Both the position numbers and the translations under genes were made by a program. From the human T2T-CHM13v2.0 reference genome, Homo sapiens, in NCBI RefSeq assembly GCF_009914755.1, contig NC_060947.1: 64,000 bases of DNA; one strand, given 5' to 3'. Below the pieces are notes generated by a model. It was given only the letters and a program-made list of their open reading frames with translations. It did not search any database and was not told the origin of the DNA. This document shows positions 28,901 through 42,494 of this stretch, piece after piece (the first letter of the stretch is position 1; each line of letters begins with the position of its first letter).

Positions 28901-31282
28901 CAATCCTGTTTCTTTGAACACAGTTTAATAAAATGAATAAAGCCTAGTATCTATGACTTCTGTTTGTGGGATTTGGACTGCTCAATATAATGAGCCTTCA
29001 TTTGGGAAACTGTATCTTCATCTGTAAGAAACTTTAAGATATGGAGGAAGCATTAAAATGGCCCAGTTGATTAATTATACTTGGATGGAGTTCAGAATTG
29101 TTTATGGCAATGCATCTGGGAAACAGTAGCCACTGGCAGAGTTCAGGTGTCCTTCGGCAGCCACACGACTTGTGTTGACAGTGTGAAATGAAAGGTTTGC
29201 ATTCTGACAGGGAAACTGGCATAGATCACAGGCACCATCCAGGATATTGTTCACTTGAAGTTCCCTGAGTGGACTCAAATCTCTCCAAAAAGAGATGCAC
29301 TAATGGAGATTGTTAGATTCAATCTAACAATCTTGCCTGTAACATTTTGTTAGAGGCAAAATGATGGTTGGCACAGTATTTGTCTTTCCTACCCAGCTGT
29401 GCTGGAGCCAATCATTCCTAAGTAGCTGCTCCCCCATCACTTTATAGCAGAGGAGTTCCCTTGTTGGGTATCAGATACTTTGCTTCCCTGATCCCTTATT
29501 CAGTGTGGGCAGGACCCATTGAATTTCCATCCATTTGGTACATGAGGAAAGATTCATCTCTACACTCCTCAAATGAGGACCCAGGACTCCTGTGAGTCCT
29601 GGGCTAAGAAATGCCTCTGGGCAAGAATAGGCCAGAAGGAAATAAAAGGATATATTGTTTTCCTTCCAGAAATAGACATGAGGATGGGTGTAGAGTTCAT
29701 CTGTCTTTAGGAGTGAGGTCTTGGCAGTGGTCACACCAGCAGCTGGCCACTCCAAGGGGTTGGCAAGCTACAGGTGCAGCCCAGGGCTTTAAGTACAACA
29801 ATGCCTACAGCGCAAGGAGAGAGGAGAAATCAAACTGCTGGTAGTGTTGTGAGGTTCTTCCTCTTCTAGTTCATTTTCAGCAAAATTAAATGATCACCTG
29901 CTCATTTGATTTTTCTCACAAATGCATAAACCACTAACAAAGAAGTTATGGAACACAATAGATATGCACTGAGTTCACTGAGTTATGCTAATTTCCTCAA
30001 AAAATTGTGCCTTTTGAAAGAGAAAATAATCATTCTTAGGACAGTATGGAATAACTTCCTTTAAAAAATTTAAATCTATTTTTAAATATAAAGGTTTAAG
30101 TTGAGTAGAGTGGGCATGGAGATAGGGAAAAGGGAGAGAATTATTTATGTCCATGAGTTCGTGTGTGTGACTGTTTTCTTGAAACAGACATGGTGGTTTG
30201 GCTACTGCCCCATCCATATATTATATTTCCTAGAGCTTAGGCAGTCTACTTTTTCAAGAGGAATAGCAAAGAGTTTGCATTCCTCTACATCTGGGTACTA
30301 TATTAGGGGCACTGAGCAGGAGGCCTTCTTCCCACTGACTTCTTTAGAGAAAAGAACAGTAACATTTCAGCTCCATAGTGGGCTGTTATCAAACATTTTG
30401 AACCATAATCTTGTAATTGCTATTAATGTTGCATTAAAAGATTATTTAATGAAGGAGATCATGCCAGGAACAAGCATTATAATAACTCCAAGCAGCCTGC
30501 CTTCCACATACCTAGAAAAATTCCCTACTATAGTGGAAAGTGAAGATGAGCACTGCTTGCCAGTTCTAAATAATAGGCTTCATACTAGAATTATTAAGAC
30601 CTGTTGCTTTTGTCATGTGCTTGCACACATGTGTGCACATGCACACATAGACACACACACACCCCCCCATAGACAGAAATACAAAATTGATACCAGTGGC
30701 TCACAACAAGTCGAACAGAAGTTTCTAGCTTCAACTGCAGTATTTAATCCGAGATAGTGGGGTAAGAACTTTATATAGAGAAACTCTATGGAGTCGGCCT
30801 TCAAGTATGTTTTATGTAGAAAAAGATTTCCTCCGCCCATCTCTCCCCAGTTTCTAGGTACTCTTTTCTTTTGCAGCCAGGTTTTCAGAGGCTTGCATCT
30901 AAATCTGGAGGAAAAGCCATGTTTGCACTGAGAAACTGGGTGGCAAAGCAGAAGAATTACCTGATTGCAAACTAGTATAGGTATTTCTTTGGACAAAAAT
31001 TAGGTTCTGCATGGCGCAATATGGCCTTTTAGGCACACATCTGGTTGGTGTATTTTACAACCCTTGTTTTGGAAAGCTACTTTAATCTTCACCTGTGTGG
31101 AGAAGCAAAACTGAGACTGAGACACAAAATTTCTGTACAGCAAACCAGAGTTTGGCTTCTGTAAGCAAGTCCCCCAAACACCAAGAGCTTGTCTGTAGTT
31201 ACCAAAGAAAAGGAACTATCCTTTATTGAATTTTTGTCATGCTCTAGGCTTTGAGATCAATGCCACATACATATCTAACTAG

Positions 31283-31500
31283 GGCAAGGTTTCCCAACCT
31301 CATAATTATTGACATTTGGGACTGGAAGACTCGAGGGGCTGTAGTGTGCCTTTTAGGATGTTTAGTGTCATCCCTGACCTTCACTCACTGGATGCCAGTA
31401 GCACCACCCTCCCCTCAGTAATAACAACCAAAAATGTCTGTAGACATTGCTCAGTGTCCCCTGGTGAGGAGCATATTTGCCACCAGTTGAGACCCACTGC
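31283..31500. mobile_element. MER20 (hAT-Charlie) inserted in a MIR
   Basis: caacctc...attgacatttggg...ggatgtttagtgtcatccctgacc...gatgccagtagcacc...gttgagacccactg. Confidence 0.8.
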
Positions 31501-31687
31501 TTTAGTGTGATTCTCAAATCCTATGTATTAGGTGCTATCATTATTCCCATTTAACAGATGGGGGAACCTGAGGCACTGAGAGGTAGTGGCTCACCCAGGA
31601 TCATATGAGTAATGTGTGTCAGATCTTCCAGCTTCTTCTCTTCTGTGCTGTCTCCAGCCTATTAGGTGATGAGAACAGCAGAGTGGA

Positions 31688-32935
31688 TGATATGGTTGGG
31701 CTCTGTGTCACCACCCAAATCTCACCTTCTAGCTCCCATAATTTCCCACATATTGTGGGAGGGACCCAGTGACAGATAATTAAATCATGGGGACGGGTCT
31801 TTCCCATGCTGTTCTCGTGATAGTGAATGGGTCTCATGAGATCTGATAGTTTTTAAAACAGGAATTTCCCTGCACAACCTCTCTTTTCTTCTCTGCCACC
31901 ATGAGAGACATGCCTTTTGCCTTCTGCCATGATTGTAAGGCTTCCCCAGCTATGTGGAACTGTAAGTCCAATTAAACCTTTCCTTTGTAAATTGTCCAGT
32001 CTCAGGTATGTCTTTAACAGAAACATGAAAACAGACTAATACAGTAAATTGGTACCAGTAGAGTGGGGTGTTGCTGAAAAGATACCTGAAAATGTGGAAA
32101 TGACTTTAGAACTGGGTAACGGGCAGAGGTTGGAACAGTTTGGAGGGCTCAGAAGAAGACAGGAAAATGTGGGAAAGTTTGGAATTCCCTAAAGACTTGT
32201 TGAATGGCTTTGACCAAAATACTGATAGTTATTATGGACGATAAAGTCCAGGTTGAGGTGGTCTCAGATGGAAATGAGGAACTTGTTGGGAACTGGAGCA
32301 AAGGTGACTCTTGTTATGTTTTAGCAAAGAGACTGGTGTCATTTTGCACCTGCCCTAGAGATTTGTGGAACTTTGAACTTGAGAAAGATGATTTAGGGTA
32401 TCTGGCAAAACAAATTTCTAAGCAGAAAAGCATTCAAGAAGTGACTTGGGTGCTGTTAAAGGCATTAAGTTTTATAAGGGAAGTGGAGCATAAAAGTTCA
32501 GAGAATAAGCAGCCTGACAATGCAATAGAAAAGAAAATCCATCCCATTTTCTGAGAAGAAATTCAAGCCAGCTGCAGAAATTTGCATAAGTAACAAGGAG
32601 CCGAATGTTAATCCCCAAGACAAAGGGGAAAATGTCTCCAGGGCATGTCAGAGACCTTTGCTGCAGACCCTCCCATCACAGGCCTGGAGGTTTAGGAAGA
32701 AAAAATGGTTTCCTGGGCTGGGCCCAGGGTCCCTCTGCTCTGTGCCCTGCATCCTGGCTGCTCCAGCTGTGACTAATAGGGGCAAAGGTGCAGTTCAGGC
32801 TGTTGCTTCAGAAGGTGGAAGCCCTAACCCTTGGCAGCTTCCACATGGTGTTGAACCTGCAGGTGCAACCTTTCTTTTGGAAATTGTCTAGTCTCAGGTA
32901 TATCTTTATCAGCAGTGTGAAAACAGATTAATACA
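31688..32935 (+). mobile_element. THE1 (A/B/C-like) MaLR: full 5' LTR (31688-32043), partial internal region, last ~70 bp of the 3' LTR
   Basis: tgatatggtt...gactaataca LTR; internal gtaaattggtaccagtagagtgggg; ORF 32204..32554 is THE1-int derived; TSD gtgga/gtggg. Confidence 0.9.
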
Positions 32936-34179
32936 GTGGGCCTGACCATCAGTTTGGGGCCATCTAGGAAGTAGGTTACTTCACATGTTGACACCTGAGT
33001 TTCTGTCCAAGCTTTAAAGGAAGCAGCACTAGAATTATGGCTGGAAGCCTGAGGACCTACCCCAGAATCCTTTGCTTCACACTCAGCAGTGACCATTATC
33101 ATCATCATCACAGGCATGGAAGAGATTTCAGGTTTTGAAGATTATCTGTTTTCTAGAGCTAGGCCTCATTATCTTTCTGGATGTCTGGGTTTCAACTACA
33201 GCCAAATAGAAAGAAAAGGAGTGAAACACCAGGAAGATTGGGTTCTGATCTTGTGTAACTTTGGACAAATCCTTGCCCTTCTCTGTACCTCATTTGGACA
33301 TGTGTGCAAGGAGAAGGTTAGACCTTATTATCTTAAAAGGCCATTTTAGCTCCAACATCTTATAAGAGGGCTTAGCCAATATTAACTGTAACTTGTATTA
33401 CTTGCCCTTGGGACTCAGCATTGCTGGCTTAATGGCTTTGAATTTGGTAAATGGTTTGGAGAAGGCTTATTGAAAGCATCTCACAAATACCTTCCTTCTG
33501 CAGACTTAGGAGGACCTAGGCACAGACTATTTCTGAGGGAGAATACAGAGAGAGGAAAATTCCTTGTCACTGCTTGTTTTTCTACATTTTAAAAACCACT
33601 GCCACCAACCTGGGGAAATGCCACTGATTTGGCATCTTGAAAAGAGTATAAAGACTTTTGCTCACAGTGCTATGGCTTTTATTAGATTTCTGGGGAAAGA
33701 ACAGCAAAGCATTCCTTATTATATATCTTCAGGTCAGGATTGTATTGCTTTTGGCCAAAGGCCATTGCAAGACTTATAAAGCAAAGGGTAGATTCAATGT
33801 GATTTTTAGAAGAAATTGTAAAGATCAGAACAGAACTAAGTTAGAATAAGTCTCTGAGTGTAAGAATTGTCAACATTATAGCATTTTTTCCTAAAAGGAA
33901 TAATCATTCTTTGCTGTTTGAACTAGGGTCTACAATAGCTTATGCTTCAGTGTTTGAATAATTCAATGCAAATAGACACTTGAAATATATGTCTGCAAAA
34001 TCCCATAAGTAGTTAAAATTAGCCCCCAAACTTTTGAGCTATATTCAGAAACAGATGACTTTGTGTACAGCCATGGACTTAGCCCACATATACGTGTTTC
34101 CCAGACTAGGAGATTCTGGCTGGTTCTGCCTTCAATCATGAAAGTCAGCATGCCTTGGAAATAGAGTGCTGTAAAGGAC

Positions 34180-34350
34180 TGGTTCTCCACCTTCACTGCA
34201 CATTTGAAACACCTGGGAGAGCTTTAGAAGCTACTGTTGCAAAGGTCCCACTACCCAGGATTCTTACTCAATTGGCCTGGCATGTGGCTTGGGAATTTGG
34301 GGTTTTTAAAAGTCCTGCAGCCGAATGAGCAGGCAAAGTTAAGAACTACT
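34180..34350. mobile_element. MER5B-type hAT element
   Basis: tggttctccaccttcactgcacatttgaaacacctgggagagcttt...gttaagaactact. Confidence 0.65.
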
Positions 34351-34559
34351 CTGTAAAGGCTTTTCTGGAAGGTAAGTTTTTCCAAGTGATTCCTTTTTAC
34401 CATCCCACAACTATCTGGGAAATTATATGTGGGAATGAAAACAGTTTGGGGCATGCAATAAGTACTCAGTCAGTGTGTGCTCAATATGAATCTGAATCTG
34501 GAAGAAATATGCCTTTAACATAGCCAGGCCATCAAATGGAGTGTCTGATCAAATATAGT

Positions 34560-35640
34560 TTTCCATATTTTTTTTGCCTCCACTTCTCATCTCAACTCCA
34601 GGTCTATACATCCAGTTGTCCAATGGACATCACTTACATGTCCCATGAGGACCTCACTTCCCATACACCTAGGCGTGGACTTGTGCTTGTCTTTCACAAA
34701 ACCTGTTTCTCTTCCTCGGTTCTCCATATTGGCAGTGAAAGACACCCATCTAACCAGACACATAACTCATCTCCCTTCTCCTCTCTCTTCCCCACATCCA
34801 CTCATGTATAGCCTTTTAAATTCTACATTAGAAATTTCTTTTTAATATGCCTCCTCCCTCCTTTTCTCTTTTTTTCTCCATCATCATCATCACTACTTTA
34901 ATATAAGGACCTCTCATCCCTTATTGCCTTCCAGAGGCTCAGGACATTTCAATGCTGGCTGCTAAATAGAATCATCTGGGGGAACTTTGAAAACATCCTG
35001 ATGTCTGAGATCACCTTCAGATACTGGTTTCAAATGTTCTGGGATGGGTCAGCATATAGACTATTAAAAAGTAAACTCCCTGCTTTATAATATGTGGCAG
35101 AAGGTAAGGATCTCTGCATCTTATAGACTTCTCTTAATAACTTCCTGCCTCCAAACATGTGTTATCTGCTACCTGCTGACATAATCTTATGAAATTCCTG
35201 TTTAAACCCTTCAGTTGTTCCCTATAACCTCTATGGTAAAGCCCAGAGTCCTTTGCAAGGCATTGGTGGTCCTTGGAGATCTGATCCCAGCTGATTTTTA
35301 TGCTCCATCCCTTACCATGTCCCTTTTGCATATTACTTCATCGGCTCACATCCCTGGAGTTTGTTCACACTGCTCCCTCCCGTGAGTGCCTTTTCCTCCT
35401 TCTCTGCCCAGCAATAATTCATCTGGATCCTTGTCTTCTGGGATCCCCAAAGTACACTGTTTAATCTTTGTTCTAGCACTGATCACATTGTAGACTAGTC
35501 AAAGTTGCTTAAGTGTTTGTTTCTCTACCTCACTCTGCTTCAAATGGATTTTTATCTCTTTGAGGACAGGGACCATGTCATATTCATCTTGTATCCCTAC
35601 TGCGTGGGTCACTATGCATTGTAAAGATTCCATAAAGTGA
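34560..35640 (+). mobile_element. L2 fragments with an embedded MER5 (about 34945-35115)
   Basis: ctcaactccaggtctatacatccagttgtccaatggacatc; tttgaggacagggaccatgtcatattcatcttgtatccc. Confidence 0.65.
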
Positions 35641-37410
35641 TTAAACCAATAGGCCAGTGCCTAGTTCAACCCTGTACATCAAAAGGAATAATATTGACAC
35701 AATACAAATTATTTATGAAATTTGTTCTCCCCATTATGAGGCTGAGCCCAACATAAATTTGTTATCTAGTTCTCAGGGGGAAAAAATGACAGTTTCTTTA
35801 GGTATTTTATTATGGTCTCACAAATACAGATTCTGATGTGAGTCCAAAATGACCACATTAATGTTTGCAAGGTACTGGAGAGGTGAGGGTGAGGGTAAAT
35901 ATAAGAGTGCTTTTAGAAAACTCTTTTGTAATGTTTCCAGGTTTGCACTCTGTTCATTATCGCAGCCCCATTCCTTTATGCAGATAGAATTTGGGTCACT
36001 GAATTACAGTATGGAAGAATTTTAGAGAAAGATCGATTAATTGGCCCCTTTTGGTGCAAGAGAACTTCAGTCTGGCTCCTATGGCTTTAGTAACTTTGGC
36101 CTTTACTATCTTAGCATGTCATTTCCAGGAAAGTGCTTAGTTAAAATAAATACCTAGCTATTTATATACCCAGTATCAATCAATTGACTGACAATATGGA
36201 GCCCATCAAATTGTCATTTGTCCCTCTCCCAATCATCAATTTTTTTGGATAATTAATATTTCATGATGATTCCTTAAGTGAATTATTCTATGCAGATATA
36301 TATTTGGGCTCCTGGGTGAGTATTTTTGTATGTATTTATATTATACCTCATTTCACAAAGGAATTAAGGTAACTTGTAAGAGGACAAAAAATTACATAAA
36401 AATTAAGAAAAAATTCCAGGGTTATAATGGTTATAAGTTTTAATAAAATATTGGCAACCACAGGGATAGATGTTTCTAGGGTCACTTGAGGGAGGAAAAA
36501 TACTGCACAAGATAGCTTTTGAAATTTTGATATTAGATTGTTATCTTGGATTTTATAGAACAAAAGTAAGACATGTATTTATAAAATATTTACTATAAAG
36601 GAAAAAGTTTCATGACTGCTTATACTGTACTTTATTGATTTTATGTTAAAAATGTAAACAAAGATTATCAGCAGTATTTATTACAAATATTTCTAGGACT
36701 CTGTTATCAAGTAACAAACTGGAACATTATCCAATAATACCTCGGCAGGACAGATCAGAGCCCAGGATTACCTTACTTTTTAAAAATGACAGAGAATGGG
36801 AGGAGAACACAAGTATACAAGGAGAAAAGTCACTAGGGACAGCCAACACAGTAAATAAACAGAATAATAATAGCAGGCCAAAAACTTAGTTTATTACTTG
36901 TACACAGCAGCAATTTAGAATTTGTGCAGAGATAATGAAATGCCCTATAATCTGATTTCCAGATTAAGTGTGTCATTAAGATAAAAGTTGAATAGAAGCA
37001 GGACTAAGGTATGCCCTTGCTTCACTCATGGTCAAAGAACTGGCAATTCCTACCTTTATTTCATCTGGGGTGCTGGTGAGAACCTGTTGAAGCAGAACTA
37101 AGAGACGCCTATCAGTGATGATGAAAGGCTATTTGTCCAGAGCTGATTTCTTGTGACAGAGCCAGAGGCTGCAGCAAAATCTACAAATGCAGCAGGGTAG
37201 TGTTTAATAGGGCTTCATATACTTTGTTGTACAAAATAATAAAGATGTTTTATTATGTGTAAAATTTTTGTTCACTGAGAGCAAGTCATGCTAAACTAAA
37301 CTTAATGCCTTAATCATCTATTTAAAAAGAGTTTTCAAAGTCTGTTATTAGACTCATTTGATCGGGAGATTGTTATAGATGTAATACATCTGGTTTTCTG
37401 CAGTGTTTGA

Positions 37411-37975
37411 TATTTATTCATTCAACAAATATTTGTCAAATAGCTGCTATCTGCTACTCCATGCCAGGCACTTCTCTAGGCACTGGGGAAACAGCAGTGG
37501 ACAAAACAGTTAAAAACCCATGTTTCTTGGAGCTGACATTCTAGTGGGAAAGAGAGAAAACAATCAAGTAAATAATATAATGTATCTGCTGATGTCATTG
37601 CTGGGGGTTAGAGAATACTTGGCCAGTGGGGCCTGAGATGGGATGGGGGATATTATTTAATATAAGATAATCAGGGCAGGCCTCTCTAATAAAGTGACTA
37701 TGAGCAGAGACTTGAAGGAAGAAAGGGAGAAAGTCATGTGGCTATCTGGGTAGAGTATCCCAGATGGAAGGAACAGCAAATGCAAAGGTCCCAGAGTACA
37801 AATGTTAGTGTTTGAAATGTGGCAAGGAGGCCAGCAGGACTACAGCTGATCGTGCCAGGAAGATAGTGAAAGGAGAGAGGAGGAAAGAACAATGGCAGGA
37901 GATGAGAGGAAGGGACACATAATGTTGCTCAGTCATAGTGAAGACCTTGGGGTTTACTGGGAGCAGAATGGGATG
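37411..37975 (-). mobile_element. L2 3' end
   Basis: tttattcattcaacaaatatttg...gccaggcacttctctaggcactgggga...gagcagagacttgaagga. Confidence 0.8.
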
Positions 37976-38174
37976 TCATGTTCTCCTCTGGCATCTTGAA
38001 GACAGAGAAATGAAAACTGAATAGAAGTACAGGTAAGTGAATTCCTGGCTGATGAAGCCACTACGTGATGATTAATGGATCAGTGTAACAATGGAGCGAG
38101 GTCTATCATGGAGTTCTGCACTTGGCTGTACTATCATATGCAATTCCTTTGACTTGCGGAAGTAATCATGATTA

Positions 38175-38410
38175 TATTAATAATAGCTAATACTTATCTA
38201 GCACTTACTGCAAGCCAAGCACAGTTCCAATTGTTTTACATGTATTCCCTCATGTAATTCGCACAACAGCTTTATGATTAAGTGTTATTATAATCATCAC
38301 TGATAAAGCTATGGAAACACTAAGATGCAAAATAAAGTGCCCTGCCTGGGTCACAAGGCTAGCATGATGTTGACCTGGTTCCAGAGTCTGTCCTCACAAT
38401 CATTATACCA
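38175..38410 (-). mobile_element. MIR
   Basis: aataatagctaatacttatctagcacttactgcaagccaagcacagttc. Confidence 0.7.
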
Positions 38411-38542
38411 CACTCTCAACATAGAACACATACATGGTCACCAAATTTTCAGATAAAACAAAGCTGCCATAAATGATAATATGTTCGCTGACAGAAGCAG
38501 GGTTCATAGGAGACACATTTTTCCGTGGCGATCTAGAACATG

Positions 38543-38543
<1 letters not shown>

Positions 38544-38572
<29 letters not shown>
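38544..38572. repeat. (CA)n microsatellite
   Basis: Direct reading. Confidence 0.9.
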
Positions 38573-38573
<1 letters not shown>

Positions 38574-39482
38574 GACTTATATAGCAGTATTCACTTTTAC
38601 TATGTGAGATGTACTGTATCTTTTCTTTTTCTAATTTTAATTTTTTTAAATAAGACATGACAACCAAACAAATTTTACATATCAATAACAGGTCCCAGCC
38701 CACAGTTTGAAAAACAGTTACCTACACCAATGTATTAGTGAAACCTAGTCCTCCCAGAATACAAGGTATGACTTGCATTTATCACCCAACCCACCTATAT
38801 ACATATGTATACCTCCTGTCCAGATATTCTCTGGTAGTTGTACTCTCTAACTGAATAAAGAAGAGCCTTATGAATGGGCTGTGGGGAAAATGGTATTCTG
38901 GCTATATTAAAAAGTCGATCCATAGAGTAGAGGGACAAGCACCCAGTTTTTTCATTAGGGAGATCTCACATAACTGAACCAATGGGCAGATAGCCAGAAG
39001 GCAAGTTCTATGTCCAGCTGTATAGCATAGACTAGAGCATGGAATACATTGTCCACTGACGTGTCAATGACTTTGTGGTTGCACTTGACAGAAATTCCCC
39101 CATTATTTTGGAAATAGGTTTGTCATCAGCCCTAGTGTTCTGTGAGTTTCATTTTTTCTTGAGTGTCTCTATACGTATTTTAAGAGAAAAACTGCATCAA
39201 GAGCTGATAATCTTAACTATGATGTGGTAGATAGTTTTTGCTAAAATTCAAATCTTATTATTGAATAGTAGGAAAGATAAATTTTATTTTATAGTCCCCT
39301 TCCTTCATGTCTTTTTTTTTTCTTTTTAGCATAACACACTATCATTTGGGTCCTGGTCATTTATTGTCACTATTTTTCATTTATGACAGGGAACTAGATC
39401 TTAGATGATCATTGATTTATTTTGATGAAACAGTAAATTTCATATCCCTAAACACAACATTGAAATATAAAAATACCAATTA

Positions 39483-39803
<321 letters not shown>

Positions 39804-40994
39804 TTAAACTACCATTAATGTAATGACTTGGTAAGTACATCGTTTTGCAATATAAGTTGGTCTGTCTGCTATGCCACAGGCTCTTGAGAACTTGCCATGC
39901 CTATAGAACAAAGGCCGCATGTCATCTTGGTCCTCTTACCTCTCTTCCCCTCTTTGAATGACTCTCTTTTCTCTTGGTCTTTCATGATAGCATTTGCCCT
40001 TTACTTGGTACCAAAGCTCTTGTATAAAAATGCAAGTTCTGAAAGTTATATTAGCATTTAGTTACAAGGTGGCCACTAGATGAAAGTGATACTTTTGTAA
40101 TAATAAATGAAAATATAAAACTAAATAATTTTTATAAAACTTCAAGATCCCTGAAAATTTGTCATTTGGTTCCAGTTTGAGAAACACTGAGTTACACAAT
40201 TGATATATTTCTAATGAAAGATGCTACTATTTATTCAAAGGAAATAAAGTATTTTATGGTGGGAAATGTTAAGTTTATCCTATGGCTTTCCAGGGTGAAA
40301 ACAGCAAAAACAAGGCTGGTGTTACATAGTTCTTTCTCATAACAATATGAGCACACCAAAAGTGACTTTGATGGAGCAAAGGCAATGTGGTTCAAGCAGG
40401 CACCATTCTGGTGGCCAGGCTTAATCCCAGGGAAGAGTGTGAAGAAGCTAGTAAGGTGGCTAGTGGACTACAGGTCCTTCAGCTTGGTGTCTGGTGCGGC
40501 ACTGTGCTTAAGAGCATAGGCTGCCAAAAAAAAGCACGGACTGGAGAGTCACAGATCTGGATTTCAATCCTGGCTCCACATCCTATGCTGATTTCTGTTA
40601 TTTTCTCATTAGCCTGAGATATTTAAAATATTTCTAATTGGCAGCAGTGTTGCCGCAAACACAAAAGCCAGAATGGGCACTAAAATCACAAAGCAGTGCC
40701 CAGTTATAGGGGGTCATCCAGATGGTTTCTAAAATTCTTACACTGATATTAATATTTTAGATCTTCTATCAAAGTTAAAATCCACAATTTAAAACATTGT
40801 TATGTAACTACAGAACCTCGAGAATATAGCGGTGGACCTTAGCTTAGGAAAGTGGGTTAAGGGAAGTCCCAACATTCTGTAGTAAACCTTAAGTCAGATT
40901 AGACCTTGCCTTATTTGAGGATGAAGTAAGTGAGCACAAGATCTAAGAAAACAGTATATCTAAACAGGACTGAGAGAGAATGTACCTTACAGCC

Positions 40995-41345
40995 TGTCTG
41001 CTCACACTGCAATATGCATGATAATCCCGGTGTATCGTGTAAAATGCAAATTGCCATTCTGCAAGACCAGGCTGGCCTAAGATCATTTATTTCTAACTAA
41101 GCTTCCCGGTTATGCCATGCTATTGGTCTGCAGACCACTCTTTGAGTAGGAAGGGATTAGAACTCTGGTTCTCAAATTTGGCTACATATTTGAATCCCTT
41201 GGAAAGATTTAAAAAATACTTACGACTTGGGCCCACCTTCTGAGATTCTGATCTAATTGATATGGAGCCTGAGCTAGGCATCATGGTTTGTAAAAGCTCT
41301 CAGGGTGATTTTTATTATGCAGCAAGTATGAGAAGCACTGCTTTA
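40995..41345. mobile_element. Two adjacent MER5-type hAT elements
   Basis: cagaccactctttgagtaggaagg, followed by tggttctcaaatttggctacatatttgaatc...gagaagcactg. Confidence 0.7.
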
Positions 41346-41429
41346 GAGAAAGCACCCAGAAGTAGGTGAATAGAGGGGTGGCAAGAGGTCTAGAAATCAT
41401 TCCACATAAGAGACAGCTGAAAACAAACC

Positions 41430-41739
41430 AGGTTATTTAGCCCAGATTAAGAGAAATATGTGTGTGCATGTTTGTATATAAGGTCTCTGTGTTCTTATAT
41501 TTGATGGCAGGTAAGTAGACTGAGTCTGATTGTTGCAGAGGATACAGCTAGGGCTGAAGGATGAAAGCTGCAGATTAACTTGATTTCAGCTTTTCACTTT
41601 AGCACAAGTTTGTGCTTTCTGACCTATTGGGCTGTCCAGTAAAGGAACAATCTCTCTGACAGAGTAGTGAGTTCCCCACCTGTCAAAGTGTACATGCAGA
41701 AGCTAAGTGCTGGTCTGCTGGCTGGGTTTCAAAAGGCTC
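41430..41739 (+). mobile_element. CR1/L3 3' region fragment
   Basis: gctgtccagtaaaggaacaatct...gtagtgagttccccacctgtcaaagtgtacatgcagaagct resembles the L3 3' consensus. Confidence 0.55.
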
Positions 41740-42006
41740 TGTATTAGTCCATTATCACACTGCTATAAAGAACTACCTGAGACTGGGAAATTTATAAAGA
41801 AAAGGGGTTTAATTGACTCAGTTCTACATGGCTGGGGAGGCAGGCCTCAGGAAAATTCCAATCATGGCGGAGGGCGAAGAGAAAGCAAGCACATCTTTAC
41901 ATGTTGGAGCACGACAGGGGTGGGGAGTGAGGGGCTTCTCCTCCAACACATGGGGATTACAATTCGAGATGAGATTTGGGTGGGGACACAGAGCCAAACC
42001 ATATCA
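41740..42006 (-). mobile_element. THE1D-like solo LTR with an internal deletion
   Basis: tgtattagtcc...gagccaaaccatatca; perfect 5-bp TSD ggctc (41735-41739, 42007-42011). Confidence 0.88.
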
Positions 42007-42450
42007 GGCTCACTGCAAAGGCTGGGAGTTTGAGCTATCTGACCTCAAATTTTCTCCAGAGGGGCATGGCTCTCAGAAGCCCCCTGATTGGACCCCAATG
42101 TCTGCCCTACCCATGTCAGGTTGTGATTCTGGAAGTTACTTTATTCTTTAAAAGTTTGAGCAACTGGAGAATAGATATAGCCAAAGAGACCTCATTATAT
42201 GACTAGGGCTTTAATTATGACTTTTTTTCCTTTTAAATTTGAATAGTACATCATTTTTATGCAGTTGATTAAATAATAAACCTACCTTCTCACCCTTATT
42301 TGTGATTGCATTCATAAGCCATGAATAATTAGAAATAATATTTGAAACAAAGGCCTTCTGGGCTTATCTCATGAAAAAAATAATTAAACCATAATGAAAT
42401 TTCGTAAGAATAATCAGCCTCCCTACCCCCATTCCCAAAGACCCCCCCCG

Positions 42451-42451
<1 letters not shown>

Positions 42452-42492
<41 letters not shown>
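42452..42492. repeat. (CA)n microsatellite
   Basis: Direct reading. Confidence 0.9.

Positions 42493-42494
<2 letters not shown>

Larger units (their letters stand above)
37265..39020 (+). mobile_element. CR1/L3 LINE RT-region remnant, split by L2, MIR and hAT insertions
   Basis: Degenerate CR1 RT motifs in the expected order: aagtcatgctaaact (KSC.T), atagatgtaatacatctggttttc..gtttgat (DVIYLDFSKAFD-like), attaatggatcagtgtaacaatggagcgaggtc (ING..S.W.EV), aaattttcagataaaacaaagctg (KFADDTKL-like). Confidence 0.65.

Noticed and set aside
30101-30757. Longest non-L1 ORF (218 aa)
   Set aside because: Non-ATG (TTG) start, runs through a CA/TG low-complexity patch, no recognisable domain or exon structure; probably a chance ORF.
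38026-38040. Perfect donor cag|gtaagt
   Set aside because: Lies in a decayed CR1/L3 fragment with no convincing upstream acceptor.
40068-40090. CTCF-like tggccactagatgaaagt (also tccagggggcag at about 26763)
   Set aside because: Each lacks critical core positions; not supportable without ChIP data.
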